Shown here: piece by piece, positions 8,127 through 16,966 of the stretch
Position numbering within the stretch: the stretch's first letter is position 1
Layout: each line of letters opens with the position of its first letter
Assembly: GCA_041586955.1 (NCBI GenBank)
Contig: JBFGZE010000008.1
Span: forward strand, 1 to 64,000
Direction of reading: 5' to 3'
DNA from: Bacteriovoracaceae bacterium
GTDB taxonomy: Bacteria > Bdellovibrionota > Bacteriovoracia > Bacteriovoracales > Bacteriovoracaceae
DNA: 64,000 bases
The notes under the pieces: generated by a model
What the model was told of the DNA's origin: nothing
The model's input: the letters and a program-made list of their open reading frames with translations, nothing else
Database searches by the model: none
Position numbers and translations under genes: made by a program

Positions 8127-9419
8127 TTGTCTTACTCGACATTATATAATTTCCAATTGATTTCCGAATTAATTGAATTAAGGACCGAGCAATTTCTTAA
8201 TGAACAAAATTACTTAAAAGAGCTTGCAAGTGATGGCACTTACCCAAAAATCTGCAATGATATTATCCAAAAAATTCTTTCTTCTAGCCATTTAAATGAG
8301 TCGCCATCAAATCGCTTGGTCTTAAAATTGATTTCCGATTATTTTATCGTCACCAAATTATTAGAAAAAAAGGAAGAGAATCAAGATGAAATTTTAAGCT
8401 TTTGGGAGAAAACTGAATTTTTTGATCAATTCTTAGATGAAAAAATTAATAATGAGCAACTTCCCTTTCAGTTACTCCAACAGGCCTATTCTCTATTCTG
8501 CTTAAAAAATTCCGTTGCCCCTTCAATTGATGGACTTCAGTTTAATTATCTACCCGTTAATGAAATTGGTGATACTGCTGAACAAGTTGTTTGTGACAAA
8601 AAGCTGATAAAGTTCTCACCTACCTTTAGGCCATCAGAGATTGTATTCATCCCAGAAGAGCGTCAAATATTATCGATCCAAGACGGTCTTATCCTCATTC
8701 CGATATGTGAAGAAGGCTACGAGAAAGCTCCTCAATTCAGTAAAGACATTGCAAAGGCGCTCAATATTATTAAGCAGGCAAACCCCTCGTTAAATCGACT
8801 ATTTGAGCTATTAACTCATACTATTATTCCCATCAATAAACCCGGAATCGTTAGCTTCTCTCAGCAATTTTTACCTGGAATTAGCTCTATCAATTTATTT
8901 GAGCGAGATTTCACAGACCTTTTAGACGATCTGGTTCATGAAAATGGTCACCATTACCTCAACCTTCTACTTGATCATTTTGAATTAATTATTGAAGATG
9001 ACGACCCTATTTTTTACAGCCCCTGGCGTGATGCCCTTCGGCCAATTCGTGGACTTTACCATGCTGTTTTTACTTTCTTTTGGGCATTCGAATTATTTCA
9101 ATCGCTGATTAAATTGTATAAAAACGATAACTCTCTTAAAAATATTCTCAATTTACCAAAAATTATGCGCCGAGCTTCTGAAGAATTGGCGATGATTAAT
9201 GCCTGTCGTCCCCAAGTCAATATGGCCTTTGTTATGGGGAAAATAACGGATGAAGGTTACCAGGTTATTAATACTATTTATGATTGCCTTGATCTTAACG
9301 AACATTTCCTAAAGACAATTCAGCATGAATTGAAGCTCCTTGATCCTCAGGAGCTTCGCCTATTAGAAGAAAATTTAACCTATATTAACGAGCGGACTGA
9401 GCATTACTCACTTAATTGA
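8127..9419 (+). CDS. HExxH-motif domain protein (aKG-HExxH family, putative Fe/2-oxoglutarate peptide hydroxylase)
   Basis: SFS....PG, DLVHENGH..L, YSPWRD..RPI.GLYHA motif set; TTG start with AAGGA RBS. Confidence 0.75.
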   Translation: MSYSTLYNFQLISELIELRTEQFLNEQNYLKELASDGTYPKICNDIIQKILSSSHLNESPSNRLVLKLISDYFIVTKLLEKKEENQDEILSFWEKTEFFDQFLDEKINNEQLPFQLLQQAYSLFCLKNSVAPSIDGLQFNYLPVNEIGDTAEQVVCDKKLIKFSPTFRPSEIVFIPEERQILSIQDGLILIPICEEGYEKAPQFSKDIAKALNIIKQANPSLNRLFELLTHTIIPINKPGIVSFSQQFLPGISSINLFERDFTDLLDDLVHENGHHYLNLLLDHFELIIEDDDPIFYSPWRDALRPIRGLYHAVFTFFWAFELFQSLIKLYKNDNSLKNILNLPKIMRRASEELAMINACRPQVNMAFVMGKITDEGYQVINTIYDCLDLNEHFLKTIQHELKLLDPQELRLLEENLTYINERTEHYSLN

Positions 9420-10936
9420 TTAAGGAGAAATTGCATTTGATTAGCAAGCATAAGTTCCCCTTTCTCCCCTGCCCAGGAAATACCTTTTTCCAAATGCCCA
9501 CGGGCCATTTGATCATTTTTTAGCGAATGATATAATTTACCCAACAAGAGTCTGGCCTTTGAGTTCTCCTGGCGAGAGACAACATTATTCAAAAAAGTTT
9601 CCGCGTCCTCAAGCTTACCCGTTTCAAAACTAATTTCACCAAGACCAAGATTCGCGACAATGTCATCTTTATCGATTGCTAGAACTTGAAGAAACATTCC
9701 TTTACGTTTCTCCATTTGCTCTAATTTTTGTTGTTTTTGCTGCTCCAATTCTCTTTTATTGGCAGCCTCCTGGGCATTTAATGAAAAGGACTTGAAGGTC
9801 GCTTCGCCTTTTTCTTTTTCAGCTAACTCTATATTGCCCATTCTCATATAAAATAAAGACTTATTAGTATGGGCCATAATAGACTTCGGGTTCAAAGATA
9901 ATAACTGATCCATAACCTTGAGACCTTCTTCATAATGGCCTAATTGTCCCTGAATCACACCATAGACCTCAAAAGCATCTTCAAATTGGGGGTCAAGTGC
10001 CATGGCGTTTTCAATAAAGACGAGAGCATCTTCATTTTTCCCCTCATGGTACAGGTTAATCCCAACCTCATAGAAATCATTCGCTAATGCCCCTGCTTTA
10101 AAGAGAGGCAAGGGCCGCAAGGTCGCCTCAAATTCAATATTATCAAGCGTCCACTTTTCTTTTCGATTATCAACTTTATATTTTCTTTTTATTTGAGAAT
10201 AAAGATAGGTTTTGCCCCTATAGGAGCATTTTTTTATAACCTTCCCAGCTTTTTCGCCCTGAAGAAAAAGGTCACCCACGCTATCAATACTATGCCCTGT
10301 CTCCAATAAAGCGAACAAATGACTTGCTCCTCTATTCGTATTTATTTTGGCCAAAGTTTCCTGACCAAGAAAGCATCCTTTCTTGTAGGAGATACCTTTA
10401 TTTTCTAGCGGAGTATTATTTAATAAATCCCTTATGGCGATATTAAGATTTAAGATAGGTTCCCCAGCGAGCAATCGTAGATCATTTAGCGACTCTTCTC
10501 CAACGAGACCCTCTCGCTGCCCTTCCCCAAATACTAATGTTCCACAAACCCCAGCAAAGTCCATTTTCATTACAGGAAAATCATTTTTATTTAAATTTAA
10601 TAATGGATGAATAAAAAATAATTTCTGTTCTAATTTTTGAAGGGTAACGTCATCCATGATAATAAATTTCTCGAGATCTTCGATCAGCTTATCGGCAAGT
10701 ATGGACGGGCAAGAATAATAATATTTCGATTCGCCTTTTGATAAATACCCATATGAAACGATTTTCCCACTTCTGTCGACACGAGCAGTTAACTGGGAGC
10801 TCTCTCCATTTAATTCATCTAGGTCATTCGTTAATTGTCCCTGTAAAAATCTTTCCGTGTCAGCTCCAAAAATCTCAATCAAGGACCAGCTTTCAAGTGA
10901 AATAATTTGAGGGTTATATCTATAATTTAATATCAT
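9404..10936 (-). CDS. ygfZ: YgfZ/Iba57-type folate-binding protein fused to C-terminal TPR repeats
   Basis: G.D..RFLQGQLTND and KGCFLGQE signature; about 220 aa of TPRs after the YgfZ domain. Confidence 0.85.
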   Translation of the reverse strand: MILNYRYNPQIISLESWSLIEIFGADTERFLQGQLTNDLDELNGESSQLTARVDRSGKIVSYGYLSKGESKYYYSCPSILADKLIEDLEKFIIMDDVTLQKLEQKLFFIHPLLNLNKNDFPVMKMDFAGVCGTLVFGEGQREGLVGEESLNDLRLLAGEPILNLNIAIRDLLNNTPLENKGISYKKGCFLGQETLAKINTNRGASHLFALLETGHSIDSVGDLFLQGEKAGKVIKKCSYRGKTYLYSQIKRKYKVDNRKEKWTLDNIEFEATLRPLPLFKAGALANDFYEVGINLYHEGKNEDALVFIENAMALDPQFEDAFEVYGVIQGQLGHYEEGLKVMDQLLSLNPKSIMAHTNKSLFYMRMGNIELAEKEKGEATFKSFSLNAQEAANKRELEQQKQQKLEQMEKRKGMFLQVLAIDKDDIVANLGLGEISFETGKLEDAETFLNNVVSRQENSKARLLLGKLYHSLKNDQMARGHLEKGISWAGEKGELMLANQMQFLLNQLSE

Positions 10937-10941
10937 ATGGT

Positions 10942-11280
10942 CTAAACAGAGAAGGACTCTCCGCATCCACAAGTATTACTCGCATTAGGATTATTAAACA
11001 CAAAACCTTTACCATTTAATCCATCCTTAAAATCGAGAGTCAATCCTTTTAGATAAATCGAGGACTTAATATCAATAAGAACTTTTAACCCATCTATTAT
11101 AATGACGTTATCGTTATCTTTTTCTTCGTCGAAATCAATTTTATAGGAAAGGCCTGAACAGCCACCACCTATAACACCTAGACGCAGCCCCACGCCTTCA
11201 GCAGCTTCCTCTTTCGCAAAAATTATTTTAATTTGGGATAAAGCTTTCTCTGTAATGTTAATTAATTCTTGATCTTCCAT
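10942..11280 (-). CDS. iscA: A-type Fe-S carrier (IscA/ErpA/HesB)
   Basis: GGGCSGLSY and NPNA..TCGCGESFSV. Confidence 0.92.
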   Translation of the reverse strand: MEDQELINITEKALSQIKIIFAKEEAAEGVGLRLGVIGGGCSGLSYKIDFDEEKDNDNVIIIDGLKVLIDIKSSIYLKGLTLDFKDGLNGKGFVFNNPNASNTCGCGESFSV

Positions 11281-11335
11281 TTCATACCCCACCATTGACG
11301 TCTATTATTTGCTAACATATTAAAATATTTGCCTT

Positions 11336-11365
11336 TTGAAAAACTCAATTTACCCCTATTATAAT
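11336..11365 (+). promoter_or_regulatory. Putative sigma70 promoter of the FHA gene
   Basis: TTGAAA-N18-TATAAT followed by AGGA RBS. Confidence 0.45.
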
Positions 11366-11382
11366 AGAGCAATAGGACGTTC

Positions 11383-11877
11383 ATGACAGTATATATTAAA
11401 ATTCAATACAAAAATCAATCATCGACAGCAAGGCTGAGCTCTAAGCCTTTGATAATAGGTCGTTCTCGCAGCTGCGACGTGAAAATAAATGACCAAGAAA
11501 TTAGCTCTAAACACTTATCCATCAGTACTGATAACCTAGGCCGTGTTATTGCCAAAGACCTCGGGTCTACTAATGGCACCTTTCTTAACTCTAATAAGAT
11601 CAATGAAACCACCCTTCATTTAGATGACAGTATCAGGTTAGGTAATCACACCATAATTAGCCTTGATCAATCTCAGATGGACGAAGAAGAGAAAGAATTA
11701 CTTCGCAGAAATGAAAAAAGTAAAGTCACCTTCATTGATATTGACGCTCCCGATAAACAAAGGAAAGCTGTTGATGAGGCGACTAGACAATTAAAGGCTG
11801 CCCGCCAAAGAAACCAGGGCCTGCAGGAATCTCCCCGTAAAGATAACAATATCTCCAAAAAGAAAGGCCCTCGCTGA
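11383..11877 (+). CDS. FHA domain protein
   Basis: IGRS..CD, ISS.H, DLGSTNGT FHA motifs; charged C-terminal tail. Confidence 0.88.
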   Translation: MTVYIKIQYKNQSSTARLSSKPLIIGRSRSCDVKINDQEISSKHLSISTDNLGRVIAKDLGSTNGTFLNSNKINETTLHLDDSIRLGNHTIISLDQSQMDEEEKELLRRNEKSKVTFIDIDAPDKQRKAVDEATRQLKAARQRNQGLQESPRKDNNISKKKGPR

Positions 11878-11905
11878 GAACAAAAAGCGATTTAAGAAAT
11901 GATCT

Positions 11906-12478
11906 TTACTTTAATGGGACCCATTTGGGCTCGTCGACCATATAGATAAAATTTAAATAACGGGCCAAAACAAAAAAATAATCAGATAAGCGATTAATAA
12001 ACATTAAACTAAACTCTGGTAAATAATCCACATTCTTTTGATCAAAGTGGACTAAGGCCCTCTCTAGTCGCCTGGTAATCGTTCGACAGATATGGGCGAA
12101 TGATGCAGCAGAGGTTCCTCCTGGCAAAATAAAACATTTTAATTTTTCAAGCTTTGAATCCATTGTATCAATGAGAGACTCTAGAGTGGTAATATCCGCC
12201 TCGTCCACAGTCGGCAATTTAAAGGCAACTCTTTTATCAGACTCACAGGCCAAGTTACTTCCAAGATCAAATAATTTATTCTGAAGCCAAGTTAAATTAT
12301 CCTTAATGGCCTGGTCCTTCTCGCCTAAGTGGCTCACGACAACACCTATCCATGAATTTAGCTCGTCAACTTCTCCATAAAGATGTATTTGCTCATTGGC
12401 CTTATTAATACGGGTTCCACCAACAAGCGAAGTCTCCCCTCGGTCACCTTTTTTAGTATAGATATCTGATTTTTTCAT
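11906..12478 (-). CDS. pduO: ATP:cob(I)alamin adenosyltransferase, PduO type
   Basis: IYTKKGD.GETSL, GEVDELNS, FILPGG, R...RR.ER, NRLSDYFFV.AR. Confidence 0.93.
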   Translation of the reverse strand: MKKSDIYTKKGDRGETSLVGGTRINKANEQIHLYGEVDELNSWIGVVVSHLGEKDQAIKDNLTWLQNKLFDLGSNLACESDKRVAFKLPTVDEADITTLESLIDTMDSKLEKLKCFILPGGTSAASFAHICRTITRRLERALVHFDQKNVDYLPEFSLMFINRLSDYFFVLARYLNFIYMVDEPKWVPLK

Positions 12479-12490
12479 CTACGGCCTAAC

Positions 12491-15400
12491 CTACATATTA
12501 CGGCGATACTTACCACCAACCTCATAGAGAACATTTGTAATTTCCCCAAGGGTACAATAATTAACAGTATACAATAGTTCTTCAAAAATATTCCCATTAT
12601 GAAGAACAATATTTTTTAAGCGGGAAATCGCTTCAGCAGACTGATTTTTATTTTTATCTTTAAAAGTATTTAATCTATTAATTTGTTCCATTTTTTCTTC
12701 ATCAGAGCACCGTGACAACTCAATCTCTTGATTTAATTGTTCCGAAATATTATCGGCGATATATGTATTCACTCCAATAATAGGCAACTCACCGCTATCT
12801 TTCAGTGATTCATAATAAAGTGATTCTTCTTGGATCTTGCCCCTTTGGTACATACTTTCCATCGCTCCAAGGACGCCACCCCTGTCAGATATTCGCTCGA
12901 ACTCTTGAAGAATGGCCTCTTCTACAAGTTCCGCCAATTCATTAACTATAAATGATCCCTGTAATGGGTTATCTGTTTTATTAAGGCCAAATTCTCTATT
13001 AATAATCATTTGAATGGCCATGGCCCGTCTTACACTTTCCTCAGTTGGCGTTGTTATTGCCTCATCATAAGCGTTTGTATGCAATGAATTGCAATTATCA
13101 GAGAGCGCAATAAATGCCTGAAGAGTCGTTCGAATATCATTAAAGTCAATTTCTTGTGCATGTAAACTACGACCAGATGTTTGAATATGATATTTAAACT
13201 TTTGAGATTTATCATTAGCGCCATACTTTTCTCGTAAAGCGACGGCCCAAATTTTACGTGCGACACGTCCGATGACACTATATTCTGGGTCAAGACCATT
13301 ACTAAAGAAAAATGATAAATTGCCACAAAATTCATCAATATTCATGCCACGACTTAAATAATATTCAACATAAGTAAAGCCATTGGCCATCGTAAAAGCA
13401 ACTTGAGAAATAGGGTTCGCCCCGGCCTCCGCGATATGATACCCACTAATCGATACTGAGTAGTAGTTTTTGATTGCATTTTTACAGAAAAACTCCTGAA
13501 TATCGCCCATCATTTTAAGAGCAAATTCGAGCGAAAAGATACATGTATTTTGAGCCTGATCTTCCTTAAGGATATCTGCCTGGACAGTGCCCCTGACGAC
13601 CCTCATAATATCGAGACGCTTCGCCTCATCCCAGAGCTCTTTACCATCGAGCTTCTGCTTAATTGCGGTATTCATAAACATTGCTAAAATAATAGGAGCT
13701 GGGCCATTAATCGTCATAGAGACAGATGTATTTTGATCTGTTAAATCAAATCCTCCGAATAAGGCTTCCATATCCTCAAGAGTCGCAATGGAAACGCCTG
13801 CCTCTCCTATTTTACCAAAGATATCTGGCCGCTCATTGGGGTCCTCACCATAAAGAGTGACTGAGTCAAAAGCCGTACTTAATCTTTTGGCGGGGTCACT
13901 TTCTGATAAGTAATGAAAACGTTTATTCGTACGAAAAGGACCACCTTCCCCGGCAAACATTCTTTTAGGATCCTCATCTGCTCTTTTAAAAGGAAAAATT
14001 CCCGCAGCGTAGGGAAAATACCCTGGTAGATTCTCATTGCGAATAAACTGAATTTTGTCTGCCATAGTGGACAAGCGAGGCACACCTATTCTGGAAATAT
14101 TAGTACCGCTTAAAGACTCATATTTGGTTGTCACAGAGATTTCTTTTCCTCTTACAAAATATGAAAATTTTCCTTTTCTATAATTGGATATCGACTGGTC
14201 TAAATCTTCGATAGCAGAAAAATTATTATCACCAATTTCTAGTTTTAATTCTTTTAGCTTTTTAGCGATTCCTTCTTTTAATTCGGGAATCAATTGAGAT
14301 GTCTTATGAAGGGCCTCATAGTCAGCAAAGACTTCTTTTAATTCTTTTGTATGCTTATTATAATGACGCACTGTTTGAGCGATATCCCTTAAGTATAAAA
14401 CAGCTTCAGGAGGAATAATCGATTGGTTTTTATCACTCATTTTATTGCAATCAATATCAAACTGCTCATCCTCTAGCATATTGAATGACTTCGCAATATC
14501 TTTAAAAAGAGCATTTACTCCTGGATCATTAAACTTAGAGGCCATTGTGCCATAAACGGGTAAACCGTCGTCCTCAGGGGCTCCTGGATGACCTTTAAAT
14601 AAATTATTATTACGACGGTATTGCTTGCGAATATCTCTTAATGCGTCCTCTGATCTTGGTTTCTCAAATTTATTAAGTACAATAAAATCAGCAACCTCTA
14701 GCATTTCAATCTTTTCTAATTGAGTTTGCGCTCCATATTCAGGAGTCATCACATAAACACATTTATCGGCAACTTTAGTAATCTCGTCTGAAGCTTGACC
14801 AATACCAGAAGTTTCAACAATTATTAAATCGAAATTTTGGGTTTTTAAAAAGCGAACAACTTTATCAATTTGCGGACTCAGTTCTGTATGGCTATTACGA
14901 GTGGCCAGAGAACGAATAAAAAATTGATCATATGAACTACTTCCAAGCCGAATACGATCACCCAATAGCGCTCCCTGGGTCTTCTTTTTTGTTGGGTCTA
15001 CAGAAATTAAGCCGATGCGTTTATTTGGTAAAAAATTATTAAATCGTAACAAGACCTCATCTATTAGCGATGATTTACCTGCCCCGCCCGTTCCAGTAAT
15101 TCCCAAAACAGGAACATTACTGTCTTGAGTTGCGAAAGGGAGTTCACCCTTATCTTCAATAAAGGTAATGACTTTTGCAATTTCTGATGTCGACAGATTC
15201 CTAGGAGAGAATTCTCTGACATTACTTGAACTTAGAGTAGAATGAGTTGCCTTAGCGATCATATCGTCAATAATCCCAACGAGGCCCAAAGTCATTCCAT
15301 CCTCAGGAGAATAAACCCTGGTAATTCCCTTTTCATGAAGAGACTTTATTTCACTTGGAGTAATCACTCCGCCACCACCACCGAAAATCCTGACATTAGT

Positions 15401-15649
15401 GGCACCGCTTTTATCTAACAATTCTCTTATATAGGCAAAATATTCATTATGCCCACCTTGATATGAGCTAAGTGCAATAGCGTGAGCATCTTCCTGAATA
15501 GCAGCATCGACAACTTCTTTGGCCGATCGGTTATGGCCAAGATGAATAACTTCAACCCCTTTTGATTGTAAAAGACGTCTCATAATATTTATTGACACAT
15601 CGTGCCCATCAAAAAGACTAGCGGCCGTTACAAACCTCAATCGCTCCAC
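12491..15649 (-). CDS. icmF: Fused isobutyryl-CoA mutase IcmF (B12-binding + MeaI GTPase + mutase)
   Basis: ASLFDGHD B12 motif, GTGGAGKSS P-loop, RMFAGEG with Phe specificity residue, YHIQTSGRSLH; GTG start with AGGAG. Confidence 0.93.
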   Translation of the reverse strand: MERLRFVTAASLFDGHDVSINIMRRLLQSKGVEVIHLGHNRSAKEVVDAAIQEDAHAIALSSYQGGHNEYFAYIRELLDKSGATNVRIFGGGGGVITPSEIKSLHEKGITRVYSPEDGMTLGLVGIIDDMIAKATHSTLSSSNVREFSPRNLSTSEIAKVITFIEDKGELPFATQDSNVPVLGITGTGGAGKSSLIDEVLLRFNNFLPNKRIGLISVDPTKKKTQGALLGDRIRLGSSSYDQFFIRSLATRNSHTELSPQIDKVVRFLKTQNFDLIIVETSGIGQASDEITKVADKCVYVMTPEYGAQTQLEKIEMLEVADFIVLNKFEKPRSEDALRDIRKQYRRNNNLFKGHPGAPEDDGLPVYGTMASKFNDPGVNALFKDIAKSFNMLEDEQFDIDCNKMSDKNQSIIPPEAVLYLRDIAQTVRHYNKHTKELKEVFADYEALHKTSQLIPELKEGIAKKLKELKLEIGDNNFSAIEDLDQSISNYRKGKFSYFVRGKEISVTTKYESLSGTNISRIGVPRLSTMADKIQFIRNENLPGYFPYAAGIFPFKRADEDPKRMFAGEGGPFRTNKRFHYLSESDPAKRLSTAFDSVTLYGEDPNERPDIFGKIGEAGVSIATLEDMEALFGGFDLTDQNTSVSMTINGPAPIILAMFMNTAIKQKLDGKELWDEAKRLDIMRVVRGTVQADILKEDQAQNTCIFSLEFALKMMGDIQEFFCKNAIKNYYSVSISGYHIAEAGANPISQVAFTMANGFTYVEYYLSRGMNIDEFCGNLSFFFSNGLDPEYSVIGRVARKIWAVALREKYGANDKSQKFKYHIQTSGRSLHAQEIDFNDIRTTLQAFIALSDNCNSLHTNAYDEAITTPTEESVRRAMAIQMIINREFGLNKTDNPLQGSFIVNELAELVEEAILQEFERISDRGGVLGAMESMYQRGKIQEESLYYESLKDSGELPIIGVNTYIADNISEQLNQEIELSRCSDEEKMEQINRLNTFKDKNKNQSAEAISRLKNIVLHNGNIFEELLYTVNYCTLGEITNVLYEVGGKYRRNM

Positions 15650-15780
15650 CTAACACTCCTAGCTAAATGCTTAATAATTTACAGCGGGGCCAATATAACG
15701 TATAAATCGGACGAAGCAAAATGACATTCTCAGGGAAATGGTTTAAGATAAACCTAAATAACCTCGCGGCGCAATAAATT

Positions 15781-16239
15781 ATGAATGACGAAAAAAAAGA
15801 TGACACTACCCTAGTTGAAAACCCTTACCATACGGCACGTTTTAAGCCGCTCAGAAAAGGGAAGAAACCACCTAAATTACTGGCAATTGTCCATCAAAGT
15901 GGATGCACTGGCTGCGAAGTCTGCATTGCTGGTTGCCCTGTCGATTCAATTGAGCTTGTACCAGGGCCCAATCCCAATAATCCCACTTTTCAGCAAACCG
16001 TTGAAATTGATCTATCACGCTGTATTGGTTGTCAAAACTGCTCTCAGGACTGCCCCTGGGAAACGATTACAATGTATGAGCACAATGATGCTTTCACCGC
16101 TTGGGGTAACGAAACACTAAAGTCCCAACTATATATTGCAGAAAAGAACTTAAAAGACCTCAATCAGCAATATGGTATTGCACTTGAAAAAGAGGAAATT
16201 GCTCCAGCTGCAGACTCAGAAGAAGAGAGCGCTAGCTAG
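15781..16239 (+). CDS. 2x[4Fe-4S] ferredoxin-like protein with extensions
   Basis: CTGCEVCIAGCP and CIGCQNCSQDCP. Confidence 0.88.
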   Translation: MNDEKKDDTTLVENPYHTARFKPLRKGKKPPKLLAIVHQSGCTGCEVCIAGCPVDSIELVPGPNPNNPTFQQTVEIDLSRCIGCQNCSQDCPWETITMYEHNDAFTAWGNETLKSQLYIAEKNLKDLNQQYGIALEKEEIAPAADSEEESAS

Positions 16240-16960
16240 ATTTTTTAATTCTTGCTGTCCCTATTAGGCCCACAATAATTAATACTATCGATATCCATTG
16301 AGATGTTGAAAAACTAGACCATATTCCACGCAGATCATCGCCGCGTAAAAACTCCAATAAAAAGCGTCCTGCCCCATACAGGAAGAGATAAAGAAAGATA
16401 TCGCGATTGCTAGCATACTTTTTAATCAGCCGATATTGAAATAAAAATGCCAATATTGCGAGATAGCATGATTCATAAAGTTGCACGGGGTGGCGGTAAT
16501 GCCCATGTAAAAATATTTTTATGGGAAATTCACAAATTTTGCCATAACAACAGCCAGCAAGTAGACAGCCTAAACGGCCAATTGAATGCCCGATCGCTAA
16601 CGGGCCAATAAAAAGGAAAGTTTTATTTAAAGGAATTTGCGCCCATTTTCTTAGTAAAAAATATGAAATCAGACCCCCTAGAAGGCCTCCATAAAAAACA
16701 AAACCCCCGCCTAACCAGAAATAGCTCTCCCCAATTAAAGAGAGTGGATCTGGAGAGGATACTGCCACAAAAAAAAGCTTGGCCCCAAGCCAGGAAAAAA
16801 TCATGGTAATGAAAAAAAGAAAATTAAAACGATGAGTATTAAGTGAGTACCGCTGAATATTAAATTGAGATAATTTATGACCTATCCCCAGAGCAATACC
16901 AATCGCTAAGGGATAGGAGTATATCATTAAATTTCCCCATTCTAAGAGAATTGGCTTCAT
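16232..16960 (-). CDS. lgt: Prolipoprotein diacylglyceryl transferase family
   Basis: GG.VFYGG, GRLGC..AGCCYG, HPVQLYE, RF..EFLRGD. Confidence 0.88.
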   Translation of the reverse strand: MKPILLEWGNLMIYSYPLAIGIALGIGHKLSQFNIQRYSLNTHRFNFLFFITMIFSWLGAKLFFVAVSSPDPLSLIGESYFWLGGGFVFYGGLLGGLISYFLLRKWAQIPLNKTFLFIGPLAIGHSIGRLGCLLAGCCYGKICEFPIKIFLHGHYRHPVQLYESCYLAILAFLFQYRLIKKYASNRDIFLYLFLYGAGRFLLEFLRGDDLRGIWSSFSTSQWISIVLIIVGLIGTARIKKSS

Positions 16961-16966
16961 ACCAAG

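Noticed and set aside
15650..15780. Cobalamin riboswitch upstream of icmF
   Set aside because: Only 131 bp shared with the divergent gene and no recognisable B12-box; an Rfam scan would be decisive
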